64,000 nucleotides of DNA from Actinomycetota bacterium (GCA_014360645.1 JACIXD010000016.1:12395-76394); one strand, 5' to 3'; positions 26,507 through 36,779 are shown, numbered from the stretch's first letter. Numbers and translations: made by a program. The notes: generated by a model not told the origin, from the sequence alone.

Positions 26507-27166
26507 TTAAAGACCCCCACGTGCCTTTCCGATCAGGGACCCGATGAGGGAGGGGGCCCCGGCGGCGCTCTCCCCGTAGCCGTCGGCCCCCATGTCGGCG
26601 GCCACGTCGGAGGAGAGAGGGGCTCCTCCCACCACGATGACGGGCCGCGGCTCCAGGGACCGCGCCAGCTCCACGGTGCGGCGCATGTTGGGCAGGGTGG
26701 TGGTCATCATGGTGGAGAGGGCAAGTACCCCGGCGCCGCTGGCCCTGGTCTCGTCCAGGAACCTCTGGGGCGGCACGTCGTAGCCGAGGTCGATGACCCT
26801 GTATCCCTCGGCCTCGAGCATGGCCGCCACGAGGTTCTTCCCTATCTCGTGGACGTCTCCCTCCACCACGCCCAGCACCACCGTCTCGCCCGCGTCAAGG
26901 GCACCGGACTCCCGCAGGGAGGGAAGCACAGCGCGCATGCCGGCGTGCATGGCCTCGGAGGCCATGAGCAGCTCCGGAAGGAAGTACTCGTGGCGCTCGT
27001 AGAGATCCCCGGCCTCCCGCATGCCCCGGCAGAGACCGTTCTGGATGATCTCCCGCGCGGCAACCCCCCCGGCCAGGGCTTCCTCGCACCGCGACGCGGC
27101 CACTTCTTCCGCGCCGTCCCTCACCGCCGCTGCTATGGACGACAACACCAGGTCTTTTTCTCCCAT
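26507..27166 (-). CDS. Cobalamin (B12)-binding corrinoid protein
   Basis: B12-binding_2 helical bundle followed by a Rossmann-like B12 domain (…VVLGVVEGDVHEIGKNLVAAMLEAEGYRVIDLG…). It abuts the methyltransferase gene. Confidence 0.75.
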   Translation of the reverse strand: MGEKDLVLSSIAAAVRDGAEEVAASRCEEALAGGVAAREIIQNGLCRGMREAGDLYERHEYFLPELLMASEAMHAGMRAVLPSLRESGALDAGETVVLGVVEGDVHEIGKNLVAAMLEAEGYRVIDLGYDVPPQRFLDETRASGAGVLALSTMMTTTLPNMRRTVELARSLEPRPVIVVGGAPLSSDVAADMGADGYGESAAGAPSLIGSLIGKARGGL

Positions 27167-27177
27167 CTTGCTCACCC

Positions 27178-28326
27178 TCACTTTATCGGGTATTTGCCGT
27201 AGATCTCCGCCGCCCGCACCACTGCCAGGGCGTTGACCAGCTCGATGTTGGGCGGGTACTCGCAAGCCGGCGCCAGGACGTAGCCGCCCCCCGGCGCCAG
27301 CGCCCTGATCTGCTCCCGGGCGAGTTCCATGATCCTGGCGGGCGGCTCCATGAGGATGCTCTGGGTGGGGATGAGGCCGGCGATGGCCGTTCTCTTACCA
27401 TAATTTACCTTGAGCTCCGCCAGGCTCTCGCAGTCGTCCGGAAGGTCAGCGAGGGATACCATGAGCGGCTCTATGTATTCGAGCTGCAGGTCCAGATAGG
27501 GCCTGGTGCCGCAGTTATGAAGGGCCACCAGGGCGCCGTTTCGCCTGATCTCTTCCGCGATACGCCGGACATAGACCCCTTCCATCTCCACCCAAAGCTC
27601 GCGGGATATACCGGACTGCGAGGCGAAGAGGGTGTCCAGCATCACCGCGTCCACGCCGGTGTCGCAGAGGGCCCGCGCGTAATCCGTGAGCACCTCGGTG
27701 ATGACCTCCAGGGCGGCCTTGACCTTCTCGGGATGTCGCACGCAGTCCACGAACAGCCTCTGGGCGCCGCGCATCATGGAGAGGACCCCCAGGGGGCCGA
27801 AGATGAACCCCATGACCGGGTAGCGTATCCCGGCCTTCCTAGAGAGGATCCTGCCCAGCTTGATGCACATACCCATGCGCGGGGTGCTGCGTGGGTCGAA
27901 GGGCTCGAGGCGCTCGTAATCGTCCACCGTGGCGATACGCGGCCTGCGATAGTCCGGATATGCGGTGCTGTAAGGGGGATATACCATCTCCTGGCCGAAG
28001 TCGGCGGCCTCCACCGAGAGGTCGATGACGGTGTAGAGGACGTCTCCGCCGATGAGCTGGTTGGCGGCGATATAGGCCTCCGCCGCCGCCTCGGGATCGC
28101 GCGAGAACCTCTCGTAGGATATGCCGGTGAGGCGGCGCGCCGCCCCGAGGAGGAAGTGGGTCACCGGCACGCGGTCGGGCTCCTTATGAAAGGCGGCGCA
28201 CAGCACGCGTTCCAGGGGCAGGAGTTCCCCCACCTTCGCGTGCGCGTGGAAGAGGCCGGCGGCGGCGCGCATCATACCCATGGTGGGCCTGATGAGCCTG
28301 CCCCCGACGCGAGGATAGACGGACAT
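27178..28326 (-). CDS. Uroporphyrinogen-decarboxylase-family methyltransferase (MtaA/MtbA-like methylcobamide methyltransferase)
   Basis: URO-D fold throughout (…ALHNCGTRPYLDL…). It lies in an operon with the corrinoid protein. Confidence 0.7.
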   Translation of the reverse strand: MSVYPRVGGRLIRPTMGMMRAAAGLFHAHAKVGELLPLERVLCAAFHKEPDRVPVTHFLLGAARRLTGISYERFSRDPEAAAEAYIAANQLIGGDVLYTVIDLSVEAADFGQEMVYPPYSTAYPDYRRPRIATVDDYERLEPFDPRSTPRMGMCIKLGRILSRKAGIRYPVMGFIFGPLGVLSMMRGAQRLFVDCVRHPEKVKAALEVITEVLTDYARALCDTGVDAVMLDTLFASQSGISRELWVEMEGVYVRRIAEEIRRNGALVALHNCGTRPYLDLQLEYIEPLMVSLADLPDDCESLAELKVNYGKRTAIAGLIPTQSILMEPPARIMELAREQIRALAPGGGYVLAPACEYPPNIELVNALAVVRAAEIYGKYPIK

Positions 28327-28454
28327 TTTATTCCTCACCACCCTTGCTCTGTCTGACTGCGGTGGTGCTATGGTAGCATCCGGAAGCATGATTTGGAAAC
28401 CGAATGCGGAGCCAGACGGCCCGCCCCCTTAAATTCCGTTCGGGATTGACGATA

Positions 28455-31373
28455 ATGTTCATGAAAACCGGTCTTTCGCAAGGGGGCGACTTGCGCGAGT
28501 TGCGACGCATGATGGCCGTGACGGCCTCTATATCGTTTCTCTTACTGATCGCCGCGCCGCCCGCGTCAGCGCTGGGGAGCGCGGCTCGGTCAGATGCCTC
28601 TGTGCCGGGTTCCGGGATGCCTTCGGTCCGGGCCGAGGGCACCGTCTTCTCTCTCCCGGAGGGCCGCGCGGCAGAGGAGGCAGCGGCCCCCGCCGCCACG
28701 CCTTTCACCCCCTCCTCCACCCCCGGCACGGTGGGGGAACGATTCGGGGTGGCCTCCAGCCACATCAAGCTCTACGACGGGGCGACGGTGGAGAGGGAGT
28801 TCGCCGCCGCGGAAGATGCCGGCGCAGCCTGGCTGCGCTGCGACTTCGCCTGGTCGGACCTGGAACCCCTGCCGGGGGTGTGGAACTTCTCCGGGGCGGA
28901 CGCGGTGGTGGAGAGGGCCGGGACCCACGGCGTGAAGCTGCTGGGCATCCTGGGGGCGGCTCCCCCCTGGGCCAACGGGGGACAGGACTGGAGGTATCCC
29001 CCCACGGACCTCGAGGCGTGGCGGGGATACGTGCGCACCGTGGCCGCGCGCTACCGCGGCCGGGTGGCTGCCTGGGAGGTATGGAACGAGGAGAACATCC
29101 ACGCCTTCTGGATGCCGGAGCCCGACCCGGAAGCGTACCTGGAGCTGCTGGCCGCGGCCTCCGCTGAGATCCGTGCCGCCGATCCCTCGGCCGCGGTGGT
29201 CATGGGCGGAGTGGCGGGCCTGGGCCCAGACTACCTGGACGCCTGCCTCTCCCTGGGTGCGGCGGAATATATAGACGCCATCGCCTACCATCCCTACGCG
29301 GAGACCGTCGGGGAGGAGGGGCAGCCGCCGGAGGACACCTACCGTCCCAAGGAGAGGCTCTGCCGTAACCTGGTGGCCTTCGTGCACTGGCTGGTCTCGC
29401 TGTACACGGCGAAGGACCTGCAGGTCTGGATAACCGAGGTGGGCTGGCCCACCAGTCCCGAGGCACCGAGCGGGGTGGACGAGGACACCCAGGCGGACTA
29501 TCTGCTGCGCACCCTCATAAACTACGCCTCCACCGACGTGGACCGCGTGATCTGGTTCAACCTGCGCGATACCCACCTCAACGACTGGGACCGCTACGGG
29601 CTGCTCAGGCGTGACTTCACCCCCAAGGCCTCGTATGCCTTCTACTCCACCTTCACGCGGGTGTTGGGGGCGGCTGCCGGGATAGACAACGCCACGGTCT
29701 CCTTTTCCTGTTCCCGGCCCCAGACCCTGGAGGCGCACTGTTTCCGCATGGCCGGCGGCGGACTGGCGCTTTCGGCCTGGAAGAGCGACGACGCGGCCGA
29801 TTCCCTCTCCTTCACGGTCAACGACCCTGACTACGCGGACCCGCAGCGCGTGGATCCCTTGAGCGGCGCGACCTCCGCCCTGGCGGGGACGTCGCGGGAC
29901 GCCGCGGGAAGGATCACGGTGAGCGGGCTCCCCGTGGGGAAGAGGCCGGTCATCGTCACCCTCGAGAGGGGAGCCCCAGAACCCGGGCCGGAGCCGGGCC
30001 CGCAGCCGCCGGAGGGAGGCAGCACTTTCTACTTCGCCGAGGGCTACACGGGAGAGGGTTTCCAGGAGTACCTCTGCGTGGGGAACGTGGACGAGGCCGA
30101 GGCGGAGGTCGAGGTGGATTTCCTCTTCTCCGATGGCTCATCCTCCGTACAGCGGTTCAGGGTGCCGCGAGGCTCGCGTTTCACCCTCGACGTGAACGCG
30201 GCGGTGGGTCCGGGCAGGGAGGTGTCCATGGCGGTCACCTCTGAGCGGAGGGTGGTCGCCGAGCGCCCCATGTATTTCACCTACGGGAAGGGGTGGACGG
30301 GGGGTCACGCGGTCATGGGGGCGCGGGGTCCCGCGCGGGAGTGGTATTTCGCCGAGGGCTACACGGGAGAGGGTTTCGATCAGTGGCTGTGCGTGATGAA
30401 CCCGGGAGGTGAGGCCGCGGAACTGACCTTCCGTTTCCAGACGGAGGAGAAAGGGGAGGTGGTGGTGGATAGGCTCGGGGTGGCCCCGCGCTCCCGCGCC
30501 ACCTTCCGGGTCAACGAACTGCTCGGCGACGGTTTCCAGAACTCCTGCGCGGTCCAGGCCTCCGTGCCGGTGGTGGTAGAGCGGCCGGTATATTTCGATT
30601 ACCTGGGAACGGGTTCGCATCATTGGGAGGGGGGCCACTGCGTGATGGGGGCCACGTCCACCGGGCGCCGCTTTCTCTTCGCGGAGGGCTCCACGCGGGA
30701 GGACTTCGAGGAATGGATAACCCTCCAGAACCCCAACCCTTTCCCCATCGAGGTCTCGGCCCTCTACGTGTTCGGGCCGGGACAGGGGGAGCCGCTGGGC
30801 CGTACCTACCGCGTGGAGGGCGGGAGGAGGTCCACCATATTCGTGCCCGCGGAGGTAGGCCAGGACAGGGACGTGTCGGTGGAGCTGACCTCAGGGGACG
30901 GGTTCCTCGCGGAGCGGCCCGTGTACTTCTCATATGGCGGGGCGGGGGCTGACGGATGGGAGGGCGGGCACTGCGTCATCGGTGCGGGCGTCGGGGCGGA
31001 CGAATGGCGGTTCGCCGAGGGATACACTGGAGAGGGCTTCCATAACTGGCTGTGCGTGCTGAACCCGGGCGGCGAGGAGGCGGTGGTGGAGGTCGCCTAT
31101 CTCACCCAGGAGGAAGGAGCCCTCGAGCCGCGCACCCTGAACGTGCCGCCGCGTTCCCGCGCCACCCTCTTCGTCAACCAGCACGCCGGCGCCGGATACC
31201 AGCTCTCCTGCCGGCTGCGCGTGCTCGCAGGTCCCGCGGTGGTGGCCGAGCGGCCTATGTACTTCTCGCATGACGGGCGCGACGGCGGGCACGCCGTATT
31301 CCCATGGGGTCAGCCCCGGACATGGGACAATTATTTGAACCCCATGGAGCCGGAGTCTCCGCCTGCACAATAG
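28455..31373 (+). CDS. Secreted glycoside hydrolase (clan GH-A TIM barrel) with four C-terminal ~95-aa FAEG-type repeat domains
   Basis: Signal peptide MFMKTGL…AAPPASA. Catalytic acid-like motif WEVWNEEN and nucleophile-like motif VWITEVGWP. Repeats begin FYFAEGYTGEGF…, WYFAEGYTGEGF…, FLFAEGSTREDF… and WRFAEGYTGEGF…. The last ~23 codons are encoded by a REP2 copy (31306-31329). Confidence 0.7.
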   Translation: MFMKTGLSQGGDLRELRRMMAVTASISFLLLIAAPPASALGSAARSDASVPGSGMPSVRAEGTVFSLPEGRAAEEAAAPAATPFTPSSTPGTVGERFGVASSHIKLYDGATVEREFAAAEDAGAAWLRCDFAWSDLEPLPGVWNFSGADAVVERAGTHGVKLLGILGAAPPWANGGQDWRYPPTDLEAWRGYVRTVAARYRGRVAAWEVWNEENIHAFWMPEPDPEAYLELLAAASAEIRAADPSAAVVMGGVAGLGPDYLDACLSLGAAEYIDAIAYHPYAETVGEEGQPPEDTYRPKERLCRNLVAFVHWLVSLYTAKDLQVWITEVGWPTSPEAPSGVDEDTQADYLLRTLINYASTDVDRVIWFNLRDTHLNDWDRYGLLRRDFTPKASYAFYSTFTRVLGAAAGIDNATVSFSCSRPQTLEAHCFRMAGGGLALSAWKSDDAADSLSFTVNDPDYADPQRVDPLSGATSALAGTSRDAAGRITVSGLPVGKRPVIVTLERGAPEPGPEPGPQPPEGGSTFYFAEGYTGEGFQEYLCVGNVDEAEAEVEVDFLFSDGSSSVQRFRVPRGSRFTLDVNAAVGPGREVSMAVTSERRVVAERPMYFTYGKGWTGGHAVMGARGPAREWYFAEGYTGEGFDQWLCVMNPGGEAAELTFRFQTEEKGEVVVDRLGVAPRSRATFRVNELLGDGFQNSCAVQASVPVVVERPVYFDYLGTGSHHWEGGHCVMGATSTGRRFLFAEGSTREDFEEWITLQNPNPFPIEVSALYVFGPGQGEPLGRTYRVEGGRRSTIFVPAEVGQDRDVSVELTSGDGFLAERPVYFSYGGAGADGWEGGHCVIGAGVGADEWRFAEGYTGEGFHNWLCVLNPGGEEAVVEVAYLTQEEGALEPRTLNVPPRSRATLFVNQHAGAGYQLSCRLRVLAGPAVVAERPMYFSHDGRDGGHAVFPWGQPRTWDNYLNPMEPESPPAQ

Positions 31374-31598
31374 CGCCTTCACCACCTGTCCGATGGCGTC
31401 CGTTCTTCATCTTTCCGGCTCGCCACACGGGGCAGGGGCGGGAGGCGCGGGTGCGTGTGTGGAGACCGGAGCCGTCCCCTTTCCTCCGCACGGTCCCGTC
31501 CGCGGCCCTCGAGACGCACCCCATGGAATTTGCCCTATCCACCCACGGGGAGTAACCTGTAAGCAAGTATGTACAAGGAGACTGCCGTGAGGGTCAGC

Positions 31599-31623
31599 CC
31601 CGGACATGGGACAAAGGCGGGAG
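31599..31623 (+). repeat. REP2 copy
   Basis: GAGGGTCAGCCCCGGACATGGGACA. Confidence 0.7.
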
Positions 31624-31712
31624 GCGCGGGTGTGGGCACGGAGACCGGAGCCGACCCGTCATCACCCCCCGCAAGATCCGACCGCCTGTTCTCGAGACGG
31701 CCACCGCGCGCG

Positions 31713-34700
31713 GTGTCACATCGAGTCGAGGGACCTTGCCCACGGCGCAGGGCTTTCCCGTTCCGGACCGCGGGCGGCAAGCTCGCCCTAGCCTGCGCGG
31801 CGGCGCTGATTCTTTTGGCAATGATTTCCTCTACGGGGAGCATCGCCGGCACGGGCTCCCCCGCTCGGAGCGAGCTGCCGGACACCGCCCGTTTCACGCG
31901 CGATCCCTTCACCGCTCGGACCGGTGAGCTGCTGGTCGGACTTGAGGCCGCGGCGGCAGAGGGGGTCGGAAAGATGCTGGAGGGCGCGGGCGCGGGCCGG
32001 GTGGAGGAGGAGCTGCTGCGTTCGGGAAGGGTGTCCCTGAAGAGGATACGCCTGGACAGCGGCCTCTCGCCGCGTGAGGCGGCGTCGCTTTTGGACGTCC
32101 TACCCCAGGTGCTCTACGCAGAGCCGGACCACGCGGTGCGCATGGATTATTCTCCCGTTGACCCCGCTTACCAGCCCGAGCAGTGGGGCCTCCACAACTA
32201 CGGCCAGCTTATCGGAGGAACGGAAGGCCTTCCCGGGGCGGATATCGGAGCCGAGGAGGCCTGGGACATCGAGCGGGGCCTCTCCAACCCCGTCACGGTG
32301 GCGGTGGTGGACACGGGCCTGGACCTATACCATCCCGACCTGGAGGACAAGATTTGGGTGAACGCGGGAGAGGTGCCGGGGAACGGCGTGGACGACGACG
32401 CCAACGGATATGTCGACGACACGCGGGGGTACAACTGGGCGGGCATCACCCAGGGCCGGTATTACTATTATGATTACGCCGAGAAGAGGTACTACACCAC
32501 CGCCTGGTATTTCGGCTACAGCTTAACCAACCGGTTGCTGGCGCAGTCCATAAGGGGTGCCGGCTGTCCCCTCACCCACGTGGGTATCATCCTGCAGAGG
32601 GTCGGAAACCCGGCGGAGGGCGTCACCGTCTCGCTGCGATCCTCCCTCTCCGGCGCGGACCTGTCATCCCTGTATATCGCCCCCGGTGAGGTGAGCGAGT
32701 CGGGGGGAGAGATCTACCTGCCCCTTTCCGTTCCCGTGAACCTGGCGGAGGGAGCCACCTATTACCTCGTCTTCCGGACCTCCAACCTCGATACCTCGAA
32801 CCATTACTACCTCTACCACAACTTCGTGGACGACCCGCCCGACCCCGACACCGACCAGTACGACCCTTACCTCGACGGCCGCGAATACCGGTGGACTGGA
32901 TCGGCGTGGGAGGAGTTCGGGAGCTGGGACTTCTACTTCCGCACCAACCCCAACCCCCGACCCCGCGACGACAACGGCCACGGCACCCACGTGGCGGGGA
33001 TCATCGGGGCCGAGGAGGGGAACGCGGAGGGAGGGGTGGGGGTCTCCTTCGGTGCCGGGATCATCCCTCTCAAGGTGCTGGACTGCTCGGGCAGCGGCTA
33101 TTACTCGGATATCATCTCCGGCATGAGGTACGCCGCTGACGGCGGCGCCGCGGTGATCAACCTCAGCCTGGGAGGCACGTCGTATTCCGACGCCATGCAG
33201 GAGGCGGTGGACTACGCGCGGGCGAAGGGCGCCGTGGTTCTGGCCGCGGCGGGCAACAGCGGGGACGGCACCGTGCTCTATCCCGCGGGATGCGAGGGGG
33301 TAGTGGGGGTGGGCGCTACCACCAACCGCGATGTGCGCGCCGCATTTTCCAGCTACAACCAGTATGTGGACCTCACGGCGCCGGGTTGGTTCGTCTATTC
33401 CACCATGCCCACCTACCCCGCCGCCCTTAACTCCCTGGGATACGGACAGGGTTACGACTATCTATCGGGCACCTCCATGGCCACCCCCATGGCCTCGGGT
33501 CTGGCCGCCCTGGTGCGTTCCCTGCGGCCGGGTTACGGACCTGACGAGGTGTGGGTCGCCATGCGGGACCACGCCAGGGACCTCGGGCCCCCCGGACGCG
33601 ACGACGAGTACGGCTACGGGCGCATAGACGCCGCCGCCACCCTGGAGAGCATTCAGGTCGCCCCCTACATCTCCTCCCTCGCGCCCTCCCGGGGAAGGGT
33701 GGGGGAGAAGGTGACCATCGAGGGCAGCGCCTTCGGGAGCGTCCGGGGCGCCTCATCCGTCTCCTTCGGCGGGGTGGAGGCCTCCCTCTACGACGCCTGG
33801 TCCGACACCGCCGTGACCTGCTACGTGCCCCCGGGCGTGGCGGGAGTGGTGGAGGTGACCCTGACCACCCCCGGTGGGATCTCCAACGCCCGCGCCTTCA
33901 GCGTCTTGCCTGCCATCTCCTCCCTCGCGCCCTCCCGGGGAAGGGTGGGGGAGAAGGTGACCATCGAGGGCAGCGCCTTCGGGAGCGTCCGGGGCGCCTC
34001 ATCCGTCTCCTTCGGCGGGGTGGAGGCCTCCCTCTACGACGCCTGGTCCGACACCGCCGTGACCTGCTACGTGCCCCCGGGCGTGGCGGGAGTGTTGAAG
34101 GTGACCCTGACCACCCCCGGTGGGATCTCCAACGCCGTGCCTTTCACGGTCGAGGAAGCACCCCCCTCCACCACCTGGTACCTCGCCGAGGGCTGCACGG
34201 AGGGGGGCATGGAGACCTGGGTGCTGGTGCAGAACCCGGGAGACGCCCCCGCCTCCATAGCCATGGATTTCCAGACCGCCACGGGACGGGTGGAAGGCCC
34301 CCGCGAGACGGTGCCCGCCCGCTCCCGCCGCACCTACGAGGTGAGCAGGTACGTCACCGCCTGGGACGTCTCCACCACCGTCACCTCCGACCTCCCGGTG
34401 GTGGCGGAGCGCGCCATGTACGGCGGGAACCGCACCTGGGCCCACGACTCCGTGGGGGTCACCGCCCCCTCCACCACCTGGTACCTCGCCGAGGGCTGCA
34501 CGGAGGGGGGCATGGAGACCTGGGTGCTGGTGCAGAACCCGGGAGACGCCCCCGCCTCCATAGCCATGGATTTCCAGACCGCCACGGGACGGGTGGAAGG
34601 CCCCCGCGAGACGGTGCCCGCCCGCTCCCGCCGCACCTACGAGGTGAGCAGGTACGTCACCGCCTGGGACGTCTCCACCACCGTCACCTCCGACCTCCCG

Positions 34701-34772
34701 GTGGTGGCGGAGCGCGCCATGTACGGCGGGAACCGCACCTGGGCCCACGACTCCGTGGGCTACACGCCCTGA
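31713..34772 (+). CDS. Secreted S8 subtilisin-like peptidase with 2 IPT/TIG-like domains and 2 FAEG-type repeat domains
   Basis: Catalytic triad motifs VAVVDTGLD, NGHGTHVAGII and GTSMATPMASG. Signal peptide …LALACAAALILLAMISS. The start is uncertain: a GTG at 31713 is proposed, and the ATG at 31569 would read through REP2. Two perfect internal tandem duplications are present (33661-34140 as 2x240 bp, and 34141-34740 as 2x300 bp). Confidence 0.7.
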   Translation: MSHRVEGPCPRRRAFPFRTAGGKLALACAAALILLAMISSTGSIAGTGSPARSELPDTARFTRDPFTARTGELLVGLEAAAAEGVGKMLEGAGAGRVEEELLRSGRVSLKRIRLDSGLSPREAASLLDVLPQVLYAEPDHAVRMDYSPVDPAYQPEQWGLHNYGQLIGGTEGLPGADIGAEEAWDIERGLSNPVTVAVVDTGLDLYHPDLEDKIWVNAGEVPGNGVDDDANGYVDDTRGYNWAGITQGRYYYYDYAEKRYYTTAWYFGYSLTNRLLAQSIRGAGCPLTHVGIILQRVGNPAEGVTVSLRSSLSGADLSSLYIAPGEVSESGGEIYLPLSVPVNLAEGATYYLVFRTSNLDTSNHYYLYHNFVDDPPDPDTDQYDPYLDGREYRWTGSAWEEFGSWDFYFRTNPNPRPRDDNGHGTHVAGIIGAEEGNAEGGVGVSFGAGIIPLKVLDCSGSGYYSDIISGMRYAADGGAAVINLSLGGTSYSDAMQEAVDYARAKGAVVLAAAGNSGDGTVLYPAGCEGVVGVGATTNRDVRAAFSSYNQYVDLTAPGWFVYSTMPTYPAALNSLGYGQGYDYLSGTSMATPMASGLAALVRSLRPGYGPDEVWVAMRDHARDLGPPGRDDEYGYGRIDAAATLESIQVAPYISSLAPSRGRVGEKVTIEGSAFGSVRGASSVSFGGVEASLYDAWSDTAVTCYVPPGVAGVVEVTLTTPGGISNARAFSVLPAISSLAPSRGRVGEKVTIEGSAFGSVRGASSVSFGGVEASLYDAWSDTAVTCYVPPGVAGVLKVTLTTPGGISNAVPFTVEEAPPSTTWYLAEGCTEGGMETWVLVQNPGDAPASIAMDFQTATGRVEGPRETVPARSRRTYEVSRYVTAWDVSTTVTSDLPVVAERAMYGGNRTWAHDSVGVTAPSTTWYLAEGCTEGGMETWVLVQNPGDAPASIAMDFQTATGRVEGPRETVPARSRRTYEVSRYVTAWDVSTTVTSDLPVVAERAMYGGNRTWAHDSVGYTP

Positions 34773-34872
34773 GCCCGTACCGCTCCCGCCCGGATGCGGT
34801 CAGGCCCTGAAGGACCCGTTCATTTATAATAGGGGAGGAAACCGGGAGACGGGAGAGGACGGGGGGTGTCGC

Positions 34873-36438
34873 ATGGAAGAAAGATACATCCTGGTCAACG
34901 ACGTGGGTACCACGGGGGTAAGGGCGGTGATCTTCGACCGCGAAACCAACGTGGTGCGGGAGGTCTACCGCGAGATCCCGCAGATATTCCCGCGCCCCGG
35001 CTGGACGGAACAGGACCCCGCCGACCTCTTCGAGGGATGCGTAGAGGTAACCCGGACGGCCCTGGAAGAATCAGGCATCAGGCCCGTGGAGATAGCGGCC
35101 ATGGGCATCGCCACCCAGAGGGCCACCAGCATGATCTGGGATTCCGAGACCGGAGAGCCGGTCTATAACGCCATCACCTGGCAGGACACCAGGATGTCCG
35201 ACGAGTGCGAGAGGATAAACCGCAGCGCCATGTTCCGGCTGCTGCATCTCGCCGGCGGGGCGTACCAGCGCATCGCGCCCTTGAGCGAGAGGCTGCGCCG
35301 CAACCTGGTGGGGAAGCTGCTCATCACCGCCGCGCATTTCACCGTCACCCCCGCGCAGTCCTCCGCCCATGCCCGCTGGGTGCTGGACAACGTTCCGGGA
35401 GCGGCGGAGAAGGCGGCGGCGGGAAAGCTGCGCCTGGGCACCGTGGACACCTGGCTGGTCTGGAACTACACCCGTGGAGCGGTGCACGCCACCGACTTCT
35501 CCAACGTCAGCGCCACCGGCATGTACGACCCCTTCGGCATGCGTTGGAGCCCCCTCCTGCTCAAGCCCTTCGGGCTTCCCGGCGGCCTGGTGTTGCCGGA
35601 GATCCGCGAGACGGCGGGGGATTTCGGGGTGACCGAGGTATTCGGCGACCCCATTCCCATCAGGTGCGTGGTCGCCGACCAGCAGGCGGCGCTCTTCGGC
35701 GAGGCCTGTTTCGAGAAGGGCAGCGTGAAGTGCACCAACGGCACCGGCTCCTTCATCGACGTGAACACCGGAGATGAGCCCATGGCCTCCATATACCGCC
35801 TCACCCCCCTCATCGCCTGGAAGCTGGAGGGGAAGACCACCTACATGATGGAGGGGATCATCTCCAGCGCCGGCTCCTCCGTGCAGTGGCTGAGGGACAA
35901 CCTCCAGATCATCAGGGACGCGGCGGAATCCCAGGAGCTGGCCCAGGCCTGCGAGGACTGCGGAGGGGTCTACGTGGTCCCCGCCTTCACCGGTCTCACC
36001 GCGCCCTACTGGGACCCCTACGCCCGCGGCACGGTCATCGGCCTCACCCGCGCCACCACCAGGGAGCAGGTGGTGAGGGCGACCCTGGAGTCCATCGCCT
36101 ACCAGTGCAAGGACGTCATCGAGGCCATGCAGAAGGACACCGGTATCGCGGTGAGGAAGATCAAGGCCGATGGGGGAGCATCCGCCAACGATTTCCTCCT
36201 GCAGTTCCTGTCGGACATCCTGGACGCGGAGGTGGAGCGCCCTCAGGTCTTGGAGGCCACCGCCCTGGGGGCCGCATTCTTCACCGGCATCGCGGCGGGG
36301 ATCTGGAGATATCCCGACGATATCTTGCGCATCCGGCGCGTGGACCGCGTCTTCAAGCCCGCCATGGACGCGGAGACGCGCGAGAGGCTATACGCCGGCT
36401 GGAAGAAGGCCGTGGAGCGCGCCTCTCGCTGGGCCTAG
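34873..36438 (+). CDS. glpK: Glycerol kinase-like FGGY family carbohydrate kinase
   Basis: FGGY N- and C-terminal domains (…ILVNDVGTTGVRAVIFD…, …GGASANDFLLQFLSDILDAEVERP…). Confidence 0.75.
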   Translation: MEERYILVNDVGTTGVRAVIFDRETNVVREVYREIPQIFPRPGWTEQDPADLFEGCVEVTRTALEESGIRPVEIAAMGIATQRATSMIWDSETGEPVYNAITWQDTRMSDECERINRSAMFRLLHLAGGAYQRIAPLSERLRRNLVGKLLITAAHFTVTPAQSSAHARWVLDNVPGAAEKAAAGKLRLGTVDTWLVWNYTRGAVHATDFSNVSATGMYDPFGMRWSPLLLKPFGLPGGLVLPEIRETAGDFGVTEVFGDPIPIRCVVADQQAALFGEACFEKGSVKCTNGTGSFIDVNTGDEPMASIYRLTPLIAWKLEGKTTYMMEGIISSAGSSVQWLRDNLQIIRDAAESQELAQACEDCGGVYVVPAFTGLTAPYWDPYARGTVIGLTRATTREQVVRATLESIAYQCKDVIEAMQKDTGIAVRKIKADGGASANDFLLQFLSDILDAEVERPQVLEATALGAAFFTGIAAGIWRYPDDILRIRRVDRVFKPAMDAETRERLYAGWKKAVERASRWA

Positions 36439-36455
36439 GCGGTCGGTTCCGGGCA

Positions 36456-36510
36456 GCGCCTCTATAGGCGCCTTCACAAGCGCCTTTATGCAAGCGCCTC
36501 TATAAGCGAC
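36456..36510 (+). promoter_or_regulatory. Hairpin GCGCCTCTATAGGCGC followed by direct repeats AAGCGCCTYTAT x3
   Basis: Read directly. It may be a terminator for the kinase gene and/or an operator. Confidence 0.3.
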
Positions 36511-36751
36511 TTCTCAGGAGTTCGTTTGCCTGCCGCCCGGCCTGCATATAGAGCGCGCGACCGGGACGCGGCGCCCTCTCTTTCGAACCGCCACCCGGTT
36601 CGTGCGAGGGTTTTCCGGTCCTTCCGCCGGCGGCCAAGGCCCCACCTCTTCGTTGTGTGCACGCGGAGGAAAGAAAGAACCACGCGAGCGGAGTCGCCGC
36701 AGGAAGCCCGGCTCGTTGACAATTCGCGACCGGGGGCCATAATATTATCGG

Positions 36752-36779
36752 TATGACGTTAACGTAAACGTCATACCTT
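36752..36779. promoter_or_regulatory. Palindrome GGTATGACG-N10-CGTCATACC (inner ACGTTAACGT) upstream of the acyl-CoA dehydrogenase operon; candidate MerR/TetR operator
   Basis: Perfect 9-bp inverted arms, about 115 bp upstream of the 36895 start. Confidence 0.45.
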
